Below are positions 1 through 9,786 of a stretch of 30,102 nucleotides of DNA, one piece after another. The first letter of the stretch is position 1. The number at the start of each line of letters is the position of its first letter. The translations under genes and the position numbers were made by a program. The DNA is from Octopus sinensis (Eukaryota): positions 1 to 30,102 of the forward strand of contig NW_021832640.1 in NCBI RefSeq assembly GCF_006345805.1, given 5' to 3'. The notes under the pieces are model-generated. The model was given only the letters and a program-made list of their open reading frames with translations. It did not search any database and was not told where the DNA came from.

Positions 1-99
1 TGTCTGGGTGTGTGTGTATTTCATTGTAGATAAAAATTGGAATTAGAATTTTAGTAATTAGTTTTTAGATCTGTGCTTTGTGTGTCATTAGATGTTAAT

Positions 100-530
100 G
101 TGTGTGCGCGTGCACACATTTGATTGTGTGTGTGTGTGTGTGTGTGTTCACGCACGTGTATATTTGTTTGTATGTGTGTACATGTATGTGTTTGTTTGTT
201 TGTGTGTGTGTGTGTTTCTGACAGTTATGAAAGTGTGTGTGGGTGTGTGTCTGTGCATGAATGTGTGTGCTTTAAATGTGTATATATGTTATGTCTGTTT
301 ACAGTATGACTTTTGTGATTTGTGTATACTCTGAAGTGAGTGTATATACACACACATGTATATGTATATACATATACATACACACACATACATATCTACA
401 CACAAGTGTATATGTGTATATATATATATAGGTGTGTGTGTGTGTGTGTGTGTTATATTTATATACATACATATATATTTGTATGCATGTATACACACAC
501 GCACACAAATATATAAGTTGCGAAATATAA
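100..530. repeat. Compound (TG)n/(TA)n/(CA)n microsatellite mosaic
   Basis: Direct reading; explains the CV/HT/YI-rich ORFs at 92-562. Confidence 0.95.
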
Positions 531-844
531 ATCCATGAAAAAACCTGACAATTCTTCTTCAAGTTATAAGTTTCAAAGTAATAAAAGGAGGGGGAGGGGG
601 AGAAAGAGTATAGGAAACAATGGGAGGAGTAAAAGAGGAAGAGGAGAAAAGATGAGAAGAGAGAGAGAGAGAGTAAACACAGTGAGAAAGTAAGAGAGGA
701 AAGAAAGACAATAATAAAATGAGGCAGGGGAGAGGGGAGAAAGAAAAAAGGTAGGGAGTTGGGTGGTAGGGGTGGTGGTGGTGCAGAATTCTGTAAAGGT
801 ATCTTGTGTGCTTAAAGGCATAATATGCCTCAAACTGAAGGAAT

Positions 845-857
845 GTAGTAGTAGTAG

Positions 858-892
<35 letters not shown>

Positions 893-1578
893 GTATGTGT
901 GAGTAATATATAGTATGTAGTATGTGTATATATACAAATATATATATTACAATTATGTATGATATAATATATTATAATATATATGTATGTATATATTATA
1001 TAATATGTATATATATATGTACATTATACATACATACGTATATATATATGTATATATATACATATATACATACATACATATTATAATATATATATATAGT
1101 GTCAATATATATATATATACATACATATATATATATATATAATATATATATATGTACAATATATATATACATACATATATATATATAATAAGATATATAT
1201 ATGTGTTATAATATATATATATACATACATATATATATATATACATACATAATATATACATAACATATATTATACATATAATATATATATATATGTGTAC
1301 ATATATATATACATACATATATAAAATATAATATATATATATGTGTACATATATATATACATACATATATATATATATATATACATACATATATATATTT
1401 ACATATATATATATATACATACATATATATAACATCTATATATATTATATATATATAATATATATATATATATAATATATGTATATATATTGATATAATA
1501 TGTATGTACGTGTGTGTATATATATTGTATATATATAGTATGTTAGTGTGTGTATATATATATTATATATATATATAA
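845..1578. repeat. Long compound (TA)n/(TACA)n microsatellite
   Basis: About 730 bp almost entirely TA/CATA units with a loose higher-order unit (atatatatatgtgtacatatatatatacatacatatat). Confidence 0.95.
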
Positions 1579-1917
1579 TATGGGGTCTTGGAAGGGTAGA
1601 AGTTGGGATGTTCCCAATAGACCATGACCTGAGCCTGAGGGTGTCTCCACTCTTGAATTGTTCACCTTTATTTATCCTTCATGTTTCTTCTCCTGATACA
1701 AGCAAAATGCAACACTTGGCAGATGCACAATGTAAGGAGTGCACCTTTGATGCCAGGTCTGACAAATTTCCATTCAAGGGTTTAAAACAGCAAATATTAC
1801 CTAACTTTACACTTGGGACCTTCGCATTTAATGGCATTAAAAAGCAGAATTGGTACCGAAACAATTGTAACTGGTCATTAGAGATGTGATTAACTCTCTC
1901 TTTGTCTTCTCATTTGG

Positions 1918-1920
<3 letters not shown>

Positions 1921-1975
<55 letters not shown>
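1921..1975. repeat. Perfect (AC)27 microsatellite
   Basis: Direct reading. Confidence 0.97.
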
Positions 1976-1978
<3 letters not shown>

Positions 1979-2255
1979 ATGTGAGTATGGCTGAGTGCTT
2001 AAGGAGTTAATTTTGCGACCATTTGTTTCAGGATTCAGTCCTTGTGTGTGAATTTTAATAGAGAGAGACTGTGGGGAAGCCCACCATTCACACACACACA
2101 CCACACACACACATATATATAAACACTCATACACACACAAATATGAATGTGTGTAGTTTTTGTGCCCACACTTGGTAATTGATAATTTGTTTAGTTCCCG
2201 TAACTTAGTGGTTTGGTAAAAAGAGACCAACATAAACCCTTTTCTGACTGCTAAG
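1976..2255 (+). mobile_element. Degenerate SINE family B copy (head plus part of tail)
   Basis: TATGGCTGAGTG...GGATTCAGTCC head and CCCGTAACTTAGTGGTTTGGTAAAAAGAGACCAA tail resemble the better copy at 5279-5638. Confidence 0.55.
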
Positions 2256-2419
2256 ATTAGGGGTGAAAATTTGATTATCATGACTAATTTCAGCTGTCAT
2301 TCACGATTTCCTTTAATCATGATTCGCTATAACCGTGTTTTACTTAATGGCGCACAAAAGTATTTGCATGTTTCCAAGGATCCCCAAAGTCTGTGAGAAA
2401 TACATCTAAGGAAAGTAAG

Positions 2420-2610
2420 GATTCCCATTTGGTGTATGCAGCCAAATGTACCAAACACAAGAAGATTTATGTTGGTTGCACAAAAGATTGAATGAGCATA
2501 GGTAGAATGTCAAGCACAATAACCCTGGTTCCACAGAACTTGCAGAACATCTCACATGAAACGGGAATAAATTTGAGGAGGATCTGAAGGTGCCCATTCT
2601 CCAAAAATAC
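2420..2610 (+). mobile_element. Penelope-like element remnant: degenerate GIY-YIG endonuclease
   Basis: Manual translation across frameshifts/stops: DSHLVYAAKCTKHKKIYVGCT / RLNEHR*NVKHNK / PGSTELAEHLT*NGNKFEEDLKVPILQK. This matches the PLE GIY-YIG pattern (VY..C..C/H...YVG.T..R..EH...A.H). Confidence 0.75.
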
Positions 2611-2611
2611 C

Positions 2612-2845
2612 CTCATCATCATCATTCATCATTGTTCGACCGTGGTCGAGACAATGGAATTTACCATGCTACGCCAGACTTCACGGTCCATCATGGCATT
2701 ACGGAGGTCCTGTTGCTGGATGCCTGTATCCCTGGAGATTACATCAGGGTAGGAGAGTGTGCGTTCTCTGGTATTGCGAGTAGATGGCTTCCAGAGGAGA
2801 AGAGTAGAAATTACTTCTTTTTCAGCCCTACAACACTCCACAGCC
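2612..2845 (-). mobile_element. 3' end of an RTE-clade LINE (ORF C-terminus plus (GAT)n tail)
   Basis: Minus ORF 2629-2841 CCRAEKEVISTLLLWKP...LSYPDVISRDTG...DLRNAMMDREVWRSMVNSIVSTTVEQ* ends directly in a TGA/GAT tandem tail, typical of RTE ORF2 termini (GHC.R, DR..WR..V). Confidence 0.8.
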
Positions 2846-3289
2846 TTTCAGTCCTCAAAGACCCATGAGGATAGGTATTTCTGAAGTGTTGACCTCTCAA
2901 GCCTGGAGGAATTAATAAAATGGCTGGTGAATTCCACCATATTTATACTAAACTTTTTGACTGAATAATTGTTTTTCCCAAATTCTTTTCTTTATTTTTG
3001 TTTTTTTTTCTCTCCTTTCATCTGCCACTCATTTGTGAAAGACCAAACACTGATGACATTGTTTTATTAAGAAAGAAACACAGTTAGTCCGATTTAGTTT
3101 TTAATATTTCAGCATTCCCTATCTTTGAATTTAATTTCATTTTATATTTAGAACTTGTAAAAGACACACAGAGTTTGGAAATATTGTTCAACCAGTAAAA
3201 TACCTATTGCAATCGCATCACACTCTTTGTCTTGTCTATTATTATTATTATCATCATCATCATCATCATTCATCATCATTATTATTGAT

Positions 3290-3337
3290 AAGATGGCAAG
3301 CAGGCAGAATCGTTAGCACACTGGACAAAATACTTAA
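3290..3337 (+). mobile_element. SINE family A 5' fragment
   Basis: AAGATGGCAAGCAGGCAGAATCGTTAGCACACTGGACAAAATACTTA matches the heads at 4086 and 12783; preceded by (ATT/ATC)n. Confidence 0.75.
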
Positions 3338-3514
3338 TTTGTTAAGACTGCTGAAACGTGGAAGAGAGATACAGCTGGTCTGAGTGCCTCTCTACCCACA
3401 ATAACTAACACTGAAAATAAATCTAAAAGACTACAGCAAACTCAGGAACTAAACTAAACCAGAACAACCTGCCATCCTCTACACACCATCATAAACTGCG
3501 AGGCAGGGTACAAA

Positions 3515-3879
3515 TTGTTGTCCTTAAAGCTCTGCAGTTTATGCAAAAAATACATTTGTTCAACGCCTACGTCAGAAGTATTGACCCTGACTTCATCACT
3601 GTCACGGAAACATGGCGCATTCCTTACTCTGTGATGGGGTTTTAAACATTACGGGTACACCTCTTCCGTAAGGACCCATTAACCGCCGTGGTGGGGTGTT
3701 GATGGTCATACGTTCGTTCATATTTTTCGGTCATTCCTTGTGCCGATTTGAACGAATCACAAGAAGAAGTTTTTTTCTGTGACGTACGTATGACCATGTC
3801 AACACTCCTGCTTGGCGTTGTTTATCGTCCCCCAAATTACCATCAGGACACACAGCTTTGCAATATCCTCCGAGCTGCT
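3515..3879 (+). mobile_element. CR1/Jockey-group LINE remnant: degenerate apurinic-like (APE) endonuclease
   Basis: Frameshifted translation SLCKK/IHLFNAYVRSIDPDFITVTETW...HLFRKD..NRRGGVLMVIRS...VFFCDVRMTMSTLLLGVVYRPPNYHQDTQLCNILRAA contains the APE motifs TETW, FRKDR..RGGGV and GVVYRPP. Confidence 0.85.
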
Positions 3880-4049
3880 GCCAGGAAAATACTTTTTTAT
3901 CATGCCTAATGCACCCACTAGAATAGGAATTCTTTCTGTTTTTAGATTCCATATTCGAGTTACCTCTATTTCCAGGTCTTTGTATTTTGAAAGTTTCTCC
4001 ATTTCTTTTAGAGACACGTTGCCAACTGCTGGTATTGATACACCAGCAG
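3880..4049 (-). mobile_element. R4/Dong- or NeSL-like non-LTR retrotransposon remnant: restriction-like endonuclease (RLE) region
   Basis: Open minus frame VSIPAVGNVSLKEMEKLSKYKDLEIEVTRIWNLKTERIPILVGALGMIKKY matches the RLE C-terminal pattern (D...P......E.EK..KY.DL..E...W......PI.VGALG). Confidence 0.8.
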
Positions 4050-4084
<35 letters not shown>

Positions 4085-4085
4085 T

Positions 4086-4300
4086 AAGGTGGCGAGATGG
4101 CGGAATCGTTAGCACACTGGATGAAATGCTTAGCGGTATTTCATCCATCACTACATTCTGAGTTCAAATTCTACGGAGGTCAACTTTGCCTTTCATCCTT
4201 TCGGGGTCGATACATTAAGTGCCAGTGGAACACTGGAGTTGATGTAATTGGCGTAACCCCTTCTCCAAAATTGTTGGCCTTGTGCCAAAATTTGAAATTA
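4086..4300 (+). mobile_element. Full-length tRNA-derived SINE family A
   Basis: A-box-like TGGCGGAATCG, B-box GAGTTCAAATTC, central GGTCAACTTTGCCTTTCATCCTTTCGGGGTCGATA...; about 10 related copies in the window. Octopus tRNA-SINE families OK/OR1/OR2 are known, but I cannot assign a name without a library. Confidence 0.9.
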
Positions 4301-4699
4301 ATATAATATGTCAATCTACTCTAGCCAATGTGTTGAGTTCTATGCGAGATTATATCTGCGATTCATAAAATACATTTTTCATGTTCTCTTTTTACTAGTC
4401 TTCAATTACAACACACACACACACTGTAATTGAAATGAGATCCGCTATAATAAGTAAGAATGGTAAGATTAATCGAAACATTCTGTATTTGTTGTGCAAG
4501 GAGCTGCATTTAAATATGACATTTAAAAAATATATTTTTGGAGTAAATATGTAGATTTATGGATTGAAATGTAGAAATGGAAAAAAGGAAATTTAATGAC
4601 GAGAAGAGATTGGGAAAGAAATGGAGGAAAAAATGTTATTTCATGTATATGTATGAAAACGGTTAATAATGAAAAACTATACATATTAAATGGGCGATC

Positions 4700-4810
4700 A
4701 TGTGTGTGTGTGTGCATTGGTCATGTGTATATATACTTATGCATATATATAAATATATATATATCATATATACACATATGCACACACACACACACACACA
4801 CATACATACA

Positions 4811-4846
<36 letters not shown>

Positions 4847-5205
4847 TATATATGAATATATATACACACACAAATATATATATATATATATACTACATAT
4901 ATCCTGGTAAATTGGATACAGAGAGAAAATACACCATGTATACAAAATAACTTCATACATGCGTGTGTGACTACATTAGTTGTGTTAAAACACACATATA
5001 CACACACATACATACATACATATACACACACATACATACATACACATACACACACACATCCCTATAAGTGTGAAAGAGAGAAAATCGGATGTATACAAAT
5101 TGCCTACATGTGTAAATGCATACATCTGCTTTATATGTTCATATATACATACATATATTCAAATATATCACATATATTGTATTATACGTACTATATATAT
5201 ATATT
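4700..5205. repeat. Compound (CA)/(CATA)/(TA) microsatellites with short unique spacers
   Basis: Direct reading. Confidence 0.85.
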
Positions 5206-5276
5206 TGTCCCAGCCATGCCAGCTTGGAAGGCGGACGTGAAATGATGATGACGATGATGATGATGATGATGATGAT
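5205..5276 (+). mobile_element. Family C 3' tail with (GAT)n
   Basis: CCATGCCAGCTTGGAAGGCGGACGTGAAATGATGATG matches the 3' ends at 16590-16631 and 22560-22607. Confidence 0.75.
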
Positions 5277-5278
5277 AT

Positions 5279-5400
5279 AGGCACAGGAGTGGCTGTGTGG
5301 TAAGTAACTTGCTTATCAACCACATGGTTCTGGGTTCAGTCCCACTGCGTGGCACCTTGGACAAATGTCTTCTACTATAGCCTTTGGCCAACCAAAGTCT

Positions 5401-5447
<47 letters not shown>

Positions 5448-5638
5448 ATTTGTGTCTCCTTATCCTCCCCCCCACCATCGCTTGACAACCGATGTCGGTG
5501 TGTTTACATCCCTGTAACTTAGCAGTTTGGTAAAAGAGACCAATAGAATAAGTACCGGGCTTACAATGTGTTCAACTAAAGGCAGTGCTCCAGCTTGGCC
5601 ATAGTCATATGAGCGAAACAAGTAAAGAATAAAAGAAT
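5279..5638 (+). mobile_element. Full-length tRNA-derived SINE family B with internal (TG)n
   Basis: A box TGGCTGTGTGG, B box GGTTCAGTCCC, CORE-like CCTTGGACAAATG, internal microsatellite, tail ...GAAACAAGTAAAGAATAAAAGAATA; multiple copies in the window. Confidence 0.9.
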
Positions 5639-5771
5639 ATATATACATATATACATTTATGTATGTATGTATGTACGTTTCTCTCTATCTATCTACCTAT
5701 GTGCTTGTGTATATATGGATATATATGTATGTAGATAGACCAGGAGAAACAGAACTCTTCAAATGAGTATA

Positions 5772-6178
5772 CTCTTTTATTTTCCTCTTTTACTTGTGTC
5801 AGTCATTGGATAGCAGCCATGCTGGAGCACCAGCTTGAAGTGTTTTTGCCAAACAATTGATCACCAGGACTTTGAAAGCTTTGTATTTATTCTGCTGGTC
5901 ATTTTTGCTGAACCGCCAATCTATGGGGATGTAAACACACCAGCACCGGTTGTCAAGATATGACACAGGTATGAAGACACACACACACACACCACACACA
6001 GATATATACATATATATATATATGATGGGCTTCTTCCAGTTTCTATCTGCCAAATCAACTCAAAAGGCTTTGGTTGGCCTCAGATTATAGCAGAAGATAC
6101 TTGGCCAAGGTACCACACAGTGGGACTGAACCCAGAACCACATGGCTGGGAAGCAAGCTTCTTACAATGCCTGTGCCT
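5772..6178 (-). mobile_element. Full-length SINE family B (inverted relative to 5279-5638)
   Basis: Reverse complement aligns to the head and tail of the 5279 copy. Confidence 0.9.
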
Positions 6179-6332
6179 ACATACATATATATATATATAT
6201 ATATGTATGTATATACAATGGGCTTCTTACAGTTTCCATTTACCAAATCCACTCACAAGGCTTTGATCGGCCTGAGATTATAGTAGAAGCTTCTTACAAC
6301 ACAGCAATGCCTGTGCCTACATACATATATAT

Positions 6333-6363
<31 letters not shown>

Positions 6364-6476
6364 GTATGTATATACAATGGGCTTCTTACAGTTTCCATTT
6401 ACCAAATCCACTCACAAGGCTTTGATCGGCCTGAGATTATAGTAGAAGCTTCTTACAACACAGCAATGCCTGTGCC

Positions 6477-6520
<44 letters not shown>

Positions 6521-6896
6521 ATGTATGTATATACAATGGGCTCTTACAGTTTCATTTACCAAATCCACTCACAAGGCTTTGATCGGCCTGAGATTATAGT
6601 AGAACTTCTTACAACACAGCAATGCCTGTGCCTACATACATATATATATATATATATATGTATCTATATACAATGGGCTTCTTACAGTTTCCATTTACCA
6701 ATCCACTCACAAGCTTTGATCGGCCTGAGATTATAGTAGAAGCTTCTTACAACACAGCAATGCCTGTGCCTACATACATATATATAATATATATATATAA
6801 TATAATATGTATGTATGTATATACAATGGGCTTCTTACAGTTTCCATTTACCAAATCCACTCACAAGGCTTTGGTCGGCCTGAGATTATAGTAGAA
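6157..6896. repeat. Five-unit tandem array (132-159 bp units) built from SINE B pieces plus (TA)n
   Basis: Units start at about 6157, 6289, 6448, 6605 and 6742: GCTTCTTACAACACAGCAATGCCTGTGCCTACATAC(TA)nCAATGGGCTTCTTACAGTTTCCATTTACCAAATCCACTCACAAGGCTTTGATCGGCCTGAGATTATAGTAGAA. Confidence 0.95.
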
Positions 6897-6985
6897 GATA
6901 CTTGTCTAAGGTTCCACGCAGTGGGACTGAACCCAGAACCACGGGGTTGGGAAGCAAGCTTCTTACCAGACAGTCATGCCTGGAT
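6825..6985 (-). mobile_element. SINE family B head
   Basis: GATACTTGTCTAAGGTTCCACGCAGTGGGACTGAACCCAGAACC...GCAAGCTTCTTACC continues from the last array unit. Confidence 0.85.
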
Positions 6986-7199
6986 ATGCGTTTTTATTTT
7001 TGTCAGAAATTTACAAAAGAGACTCGAGGCCCCAAAGTTTTGCGCACTGCACTTATCAAAGTTTGAAAGTGCAATAAAAGTAGAAAAGAAAATATAAAGT
7101 ACACTAGCCCTCCCCCCCACCACACAGATATATATATGTGTGTGTGTGTGTGTGTTATACACGTATGGATGCCTGCATTTCTTAAGCTGCAGCTCCACA

Positions 7200-7415
7200 T
7201 GACAACACGATAAACACGTACAGATGTACAGCTTTATCTCAATAAACGGGATGTTATAATTGCCCCGTACCTACACCATTTATTCCCCTAAGTACCGTCT
7301 TCATCAACTTATCCACCGAACCGGAAAATTATCGTCAACAACACTGCTTACATCGCTATGGAAACAGCACCGTATCACACGGTCACTGGAACACATTCCA
7401 CACGCGCGTGCGTGT
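7200..7415. promoter_or_regulatory. CpG-enriched unique patch with RFX X-box-like motif (7352-7365); possible promoter/first exon
   Basis: About 15 CpG in about 215 bp against a CpG-poor background; minus-strand GTTTCCATAGCGAT resembles GTNNCC-AT-RGYRAC with only the last base off. Confidence 0.35.
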
Positions 7416-7680
7416 ATGTGTGTATGTGTAGTTGTGTGTGGGTATGTACGCATGTGCATATGTCGGTTTGTATATATGTGTGCATACATCTGTGTGTGCA
7501 TATGTATGTGTGCATGTGTTTGTGTGTATTTACATTCATGAATGTGTGTGTGTATGTGTGTATACATGTGTGTGTATGAACCTGCACGTATATGTTTATG
7601 CATACGTGAGTGTGTGCATGTGTGTGTATTGTATATATCTACATGCATGGATGTGTGTGTGTGTGCATATGTATAGGTAT
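7410..7680. repeat. Degenerate (TG)/(TATG)/(CATG) microsatellite
   Basis: Direct reading. Confidence 0.9.
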
Positions 7681-8254
7681 AGACAAAACTGAGCAATTAA
7701 GAATTCTGGTTGGAACTCATAAGGTATCAGGTTCAATTCCACTGCACAGCACAGTCAACAAATATGATACAGCCTTGGATCAACCTTAACCTCGGATAGA
7801 TCGGAAACTGTAAGGAAGCCCATCAGATGATAGGCGGTACCAGTGATTCAAAACACAGAAACTTGTTACACACTCTCATGCTAATTCCATCTGAGATTTA
7901 CTATAGATTAACAAGGGTCAATGTAGGACCCTAATCCTAATCCACAGCCCCTCTGTTAAGTGTTAATACAGTGTTTGGGAATATTGACCGTTGAGACGAA
8001 CAGACAATCTATTTATCTATGGAGGTTGTTTATGTTTTACATCTGTTTTCAATGCCAGTATGGGTTGGCTGAGTCATTTCTGTTGTTCTAGATGGGTAGG
8101 AGGCCACATCTCACCCATTGGTCCCACTTTTGAATAACATGTTGTGTACATGTGTGTGGATGCACATATGTGCATGTGTGTGTGTGTGTGTGTGTGTGGT
8201 AATAATAACAATAATCTTTGGATGGAATATATAAATGTTTAATGCTTCTCCTCA

Positions 8255-8527
8255 GTTTAAAGATCTGAGCAAAGTCGACTCCACCACTGGGACCAACTTT
8301 GTTCAAGCATGAAGACAGACTGGCAAAATGCTGCTCCTCTAAATGGGAACCTTACCTGCCATTGTGGTTTTGTACCACGAAGCAAAGCAGGTCCTGCCAT
8401 CCACTCAAGAAGACACATGGTGAATGATCAACAAGCACTTGAGCAAACTGAGTCCTCAACTTGTTCCATTTGCTGAAAGGTTTGTAAAGCGCCAGCAGGC
8501 CTCAAATGACACATTAGTGTCCATAAA
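8255..8527 (+). mobile_element. Degenerate double C2H2-like zinc-finger fragment, probably the C-terminus of an RTE-clade LINE ORF
   Basis: One frame reads RSEQSRLHHWDQLCSSMKTDWQNAAPLNGNLTCHCGFVPRSKAGPAIHSRRH...STCSIC*KVCKAPAGLK*HISVHK, with TGA stops at 8474 and 8507. C..C.K.C...AGL..H...H tails are known in RTE ORF2. Confidence 0.6.
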
Positions 8528-9044
8528 ACATTTTATTTTATTGAACCCTCACTTGTCGTTCATGACAAGAGAATCCATCAGCATACATATTAAACCTTTA
8601 AATTGTTTCACCTTTAAAGCTGTGGTCATGCTGGGGCACCACCGTTGGCTGTGCTACACCATTATCAGAAACCTCCTCTGATATGTGGCATTTGGTGGAT
8701 GAGGGAATTTGATGCCGCTGCTCTCATCTGTGTTTCCTGTCATGATGTAGGCTTATCTGGAACCTTTGACCAGGGGATCCAGTTTTGTTTTGAACACACA
8801 TCCACACCATGCAGGTCTATCAGATATTTTCGAAGGATACCGAAAAGCTGTGTGCCCTTGTGAAACCCAAGAACTGTGAAATCCAAGAGCTATGAAACCC
8901 AAGCTGTTGCAGTATCTGGTCCTGTATTCTGATGGTGATACTGGCATCTTTGGCACTTTTTAGTGACACCCCATTCTGATGCTTGTGTAACTTTCAATGC
9001 CAAAGTTTGGTACAAGGCCTTCCAGGAATTTCCATATATCTATA

Positions 9045-9551
9045 CTAGCAGTATCGCCCGGCGTTGCTCGGTTTGTAAGGGAAATAACTATATAAGCATT
9101 TTTAGAGAGTTACTTCCCTTATAGATGCCAATTCGGGCTTCTTAGCCATTTCTGTTTTGGTGTCTTCAAGCCATGAGTCGTTGTTCTAAAAGAACGCTGG
9201 TCTCTTGACAACACATTCCGACGTTGATTTCCTTAAACTCCCTTCCCCACCTTCACACGAGGGAGGGAAGAAGGGAGAGAAGCAACAGGTGCATGTGTGA
9301 CCATGGACGCCAACTCCGCCACCATCGACACACGAAAAATTATGCATTAAAATGGAATAAAAAATGATGTTAAATTATTTTTAAAATCGTAGACTCATCG
9401 TAGACTCGCGCTAATACCCAGACGGGCTCGTATGAATCACGACATAAGATACCCGAATTTTGGTTTAAACTGCACCGCAAAATGTGGGAGGAGTTAGGAT
9501 CTAAATCGTAGGAGACAGACACTCACACAACTACAGTTTTATATATATAGA
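9045..9551 (-). mobile_element. Non-autonomous Helitron (507 bp), both ends intact
   Basis: On the minus strand: A|TCTATATATATAAAACTG... 5' end; subterminal hairpin CCG-A-GC(AAC)GC-CGG about 10 nt before the terminal CTAG|T; inserted in an AT dinucleotide with no TSD. All are canonical Helitron hallmarks. Confidence 0.85.
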
Positions 9552-9656
9552 TATGGACTGAGTCTGGAAATATAGAGTTTTTAAATCAAATTTGTAAACC
9601 CCACAGCTATGTTGGTGTCTATACTTAATTATCTGACTTGAAAGGAATAATAATAA

Positions 9657-9786
9657 TCCTTTCTATTAAAGGCACAAGGCCTGAAATTTTGGGGGAGGGG
9701 ACTAGTCGAACTCATCAATCTCAGTACTCGAGGGGTATTTTTTTACTGACCCTGAAAGGACGAAAGGCAAAGTTGGCCTTGGCAGA
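9657..9786 (-). mobile_element. SINE family A 3' part with (ATT)n tail
   Basis: AATAATAATCCTTTCTATTAAAGGCACAAGGCCTGAAATTTTGGGG...CCCTGAAAGGACGAAAGGCAAAGTTGGCCTTGGCAG. Confidence 0.8.

Noticed and set aside
1580-1900. Unique segment with 113-aa and 61-aa ORFs and Cys pairs
   Set aside because: No convincing motif or splice structure; may be an old TE fragment but cannot be classified by eye.
6157-6896. CRISPR-like regular array
   Set aside because: Units are 130-160 bp SINE-derived repeats with (TA)n variation and no unique spacers; no cas genes; eukaryotic context.
8600-9030. Unique segment with three short AAAYCCAAGA-like repeats
   Set aside because: No recognisable ORF or family; the repeats are too short and degenerate to be significant.
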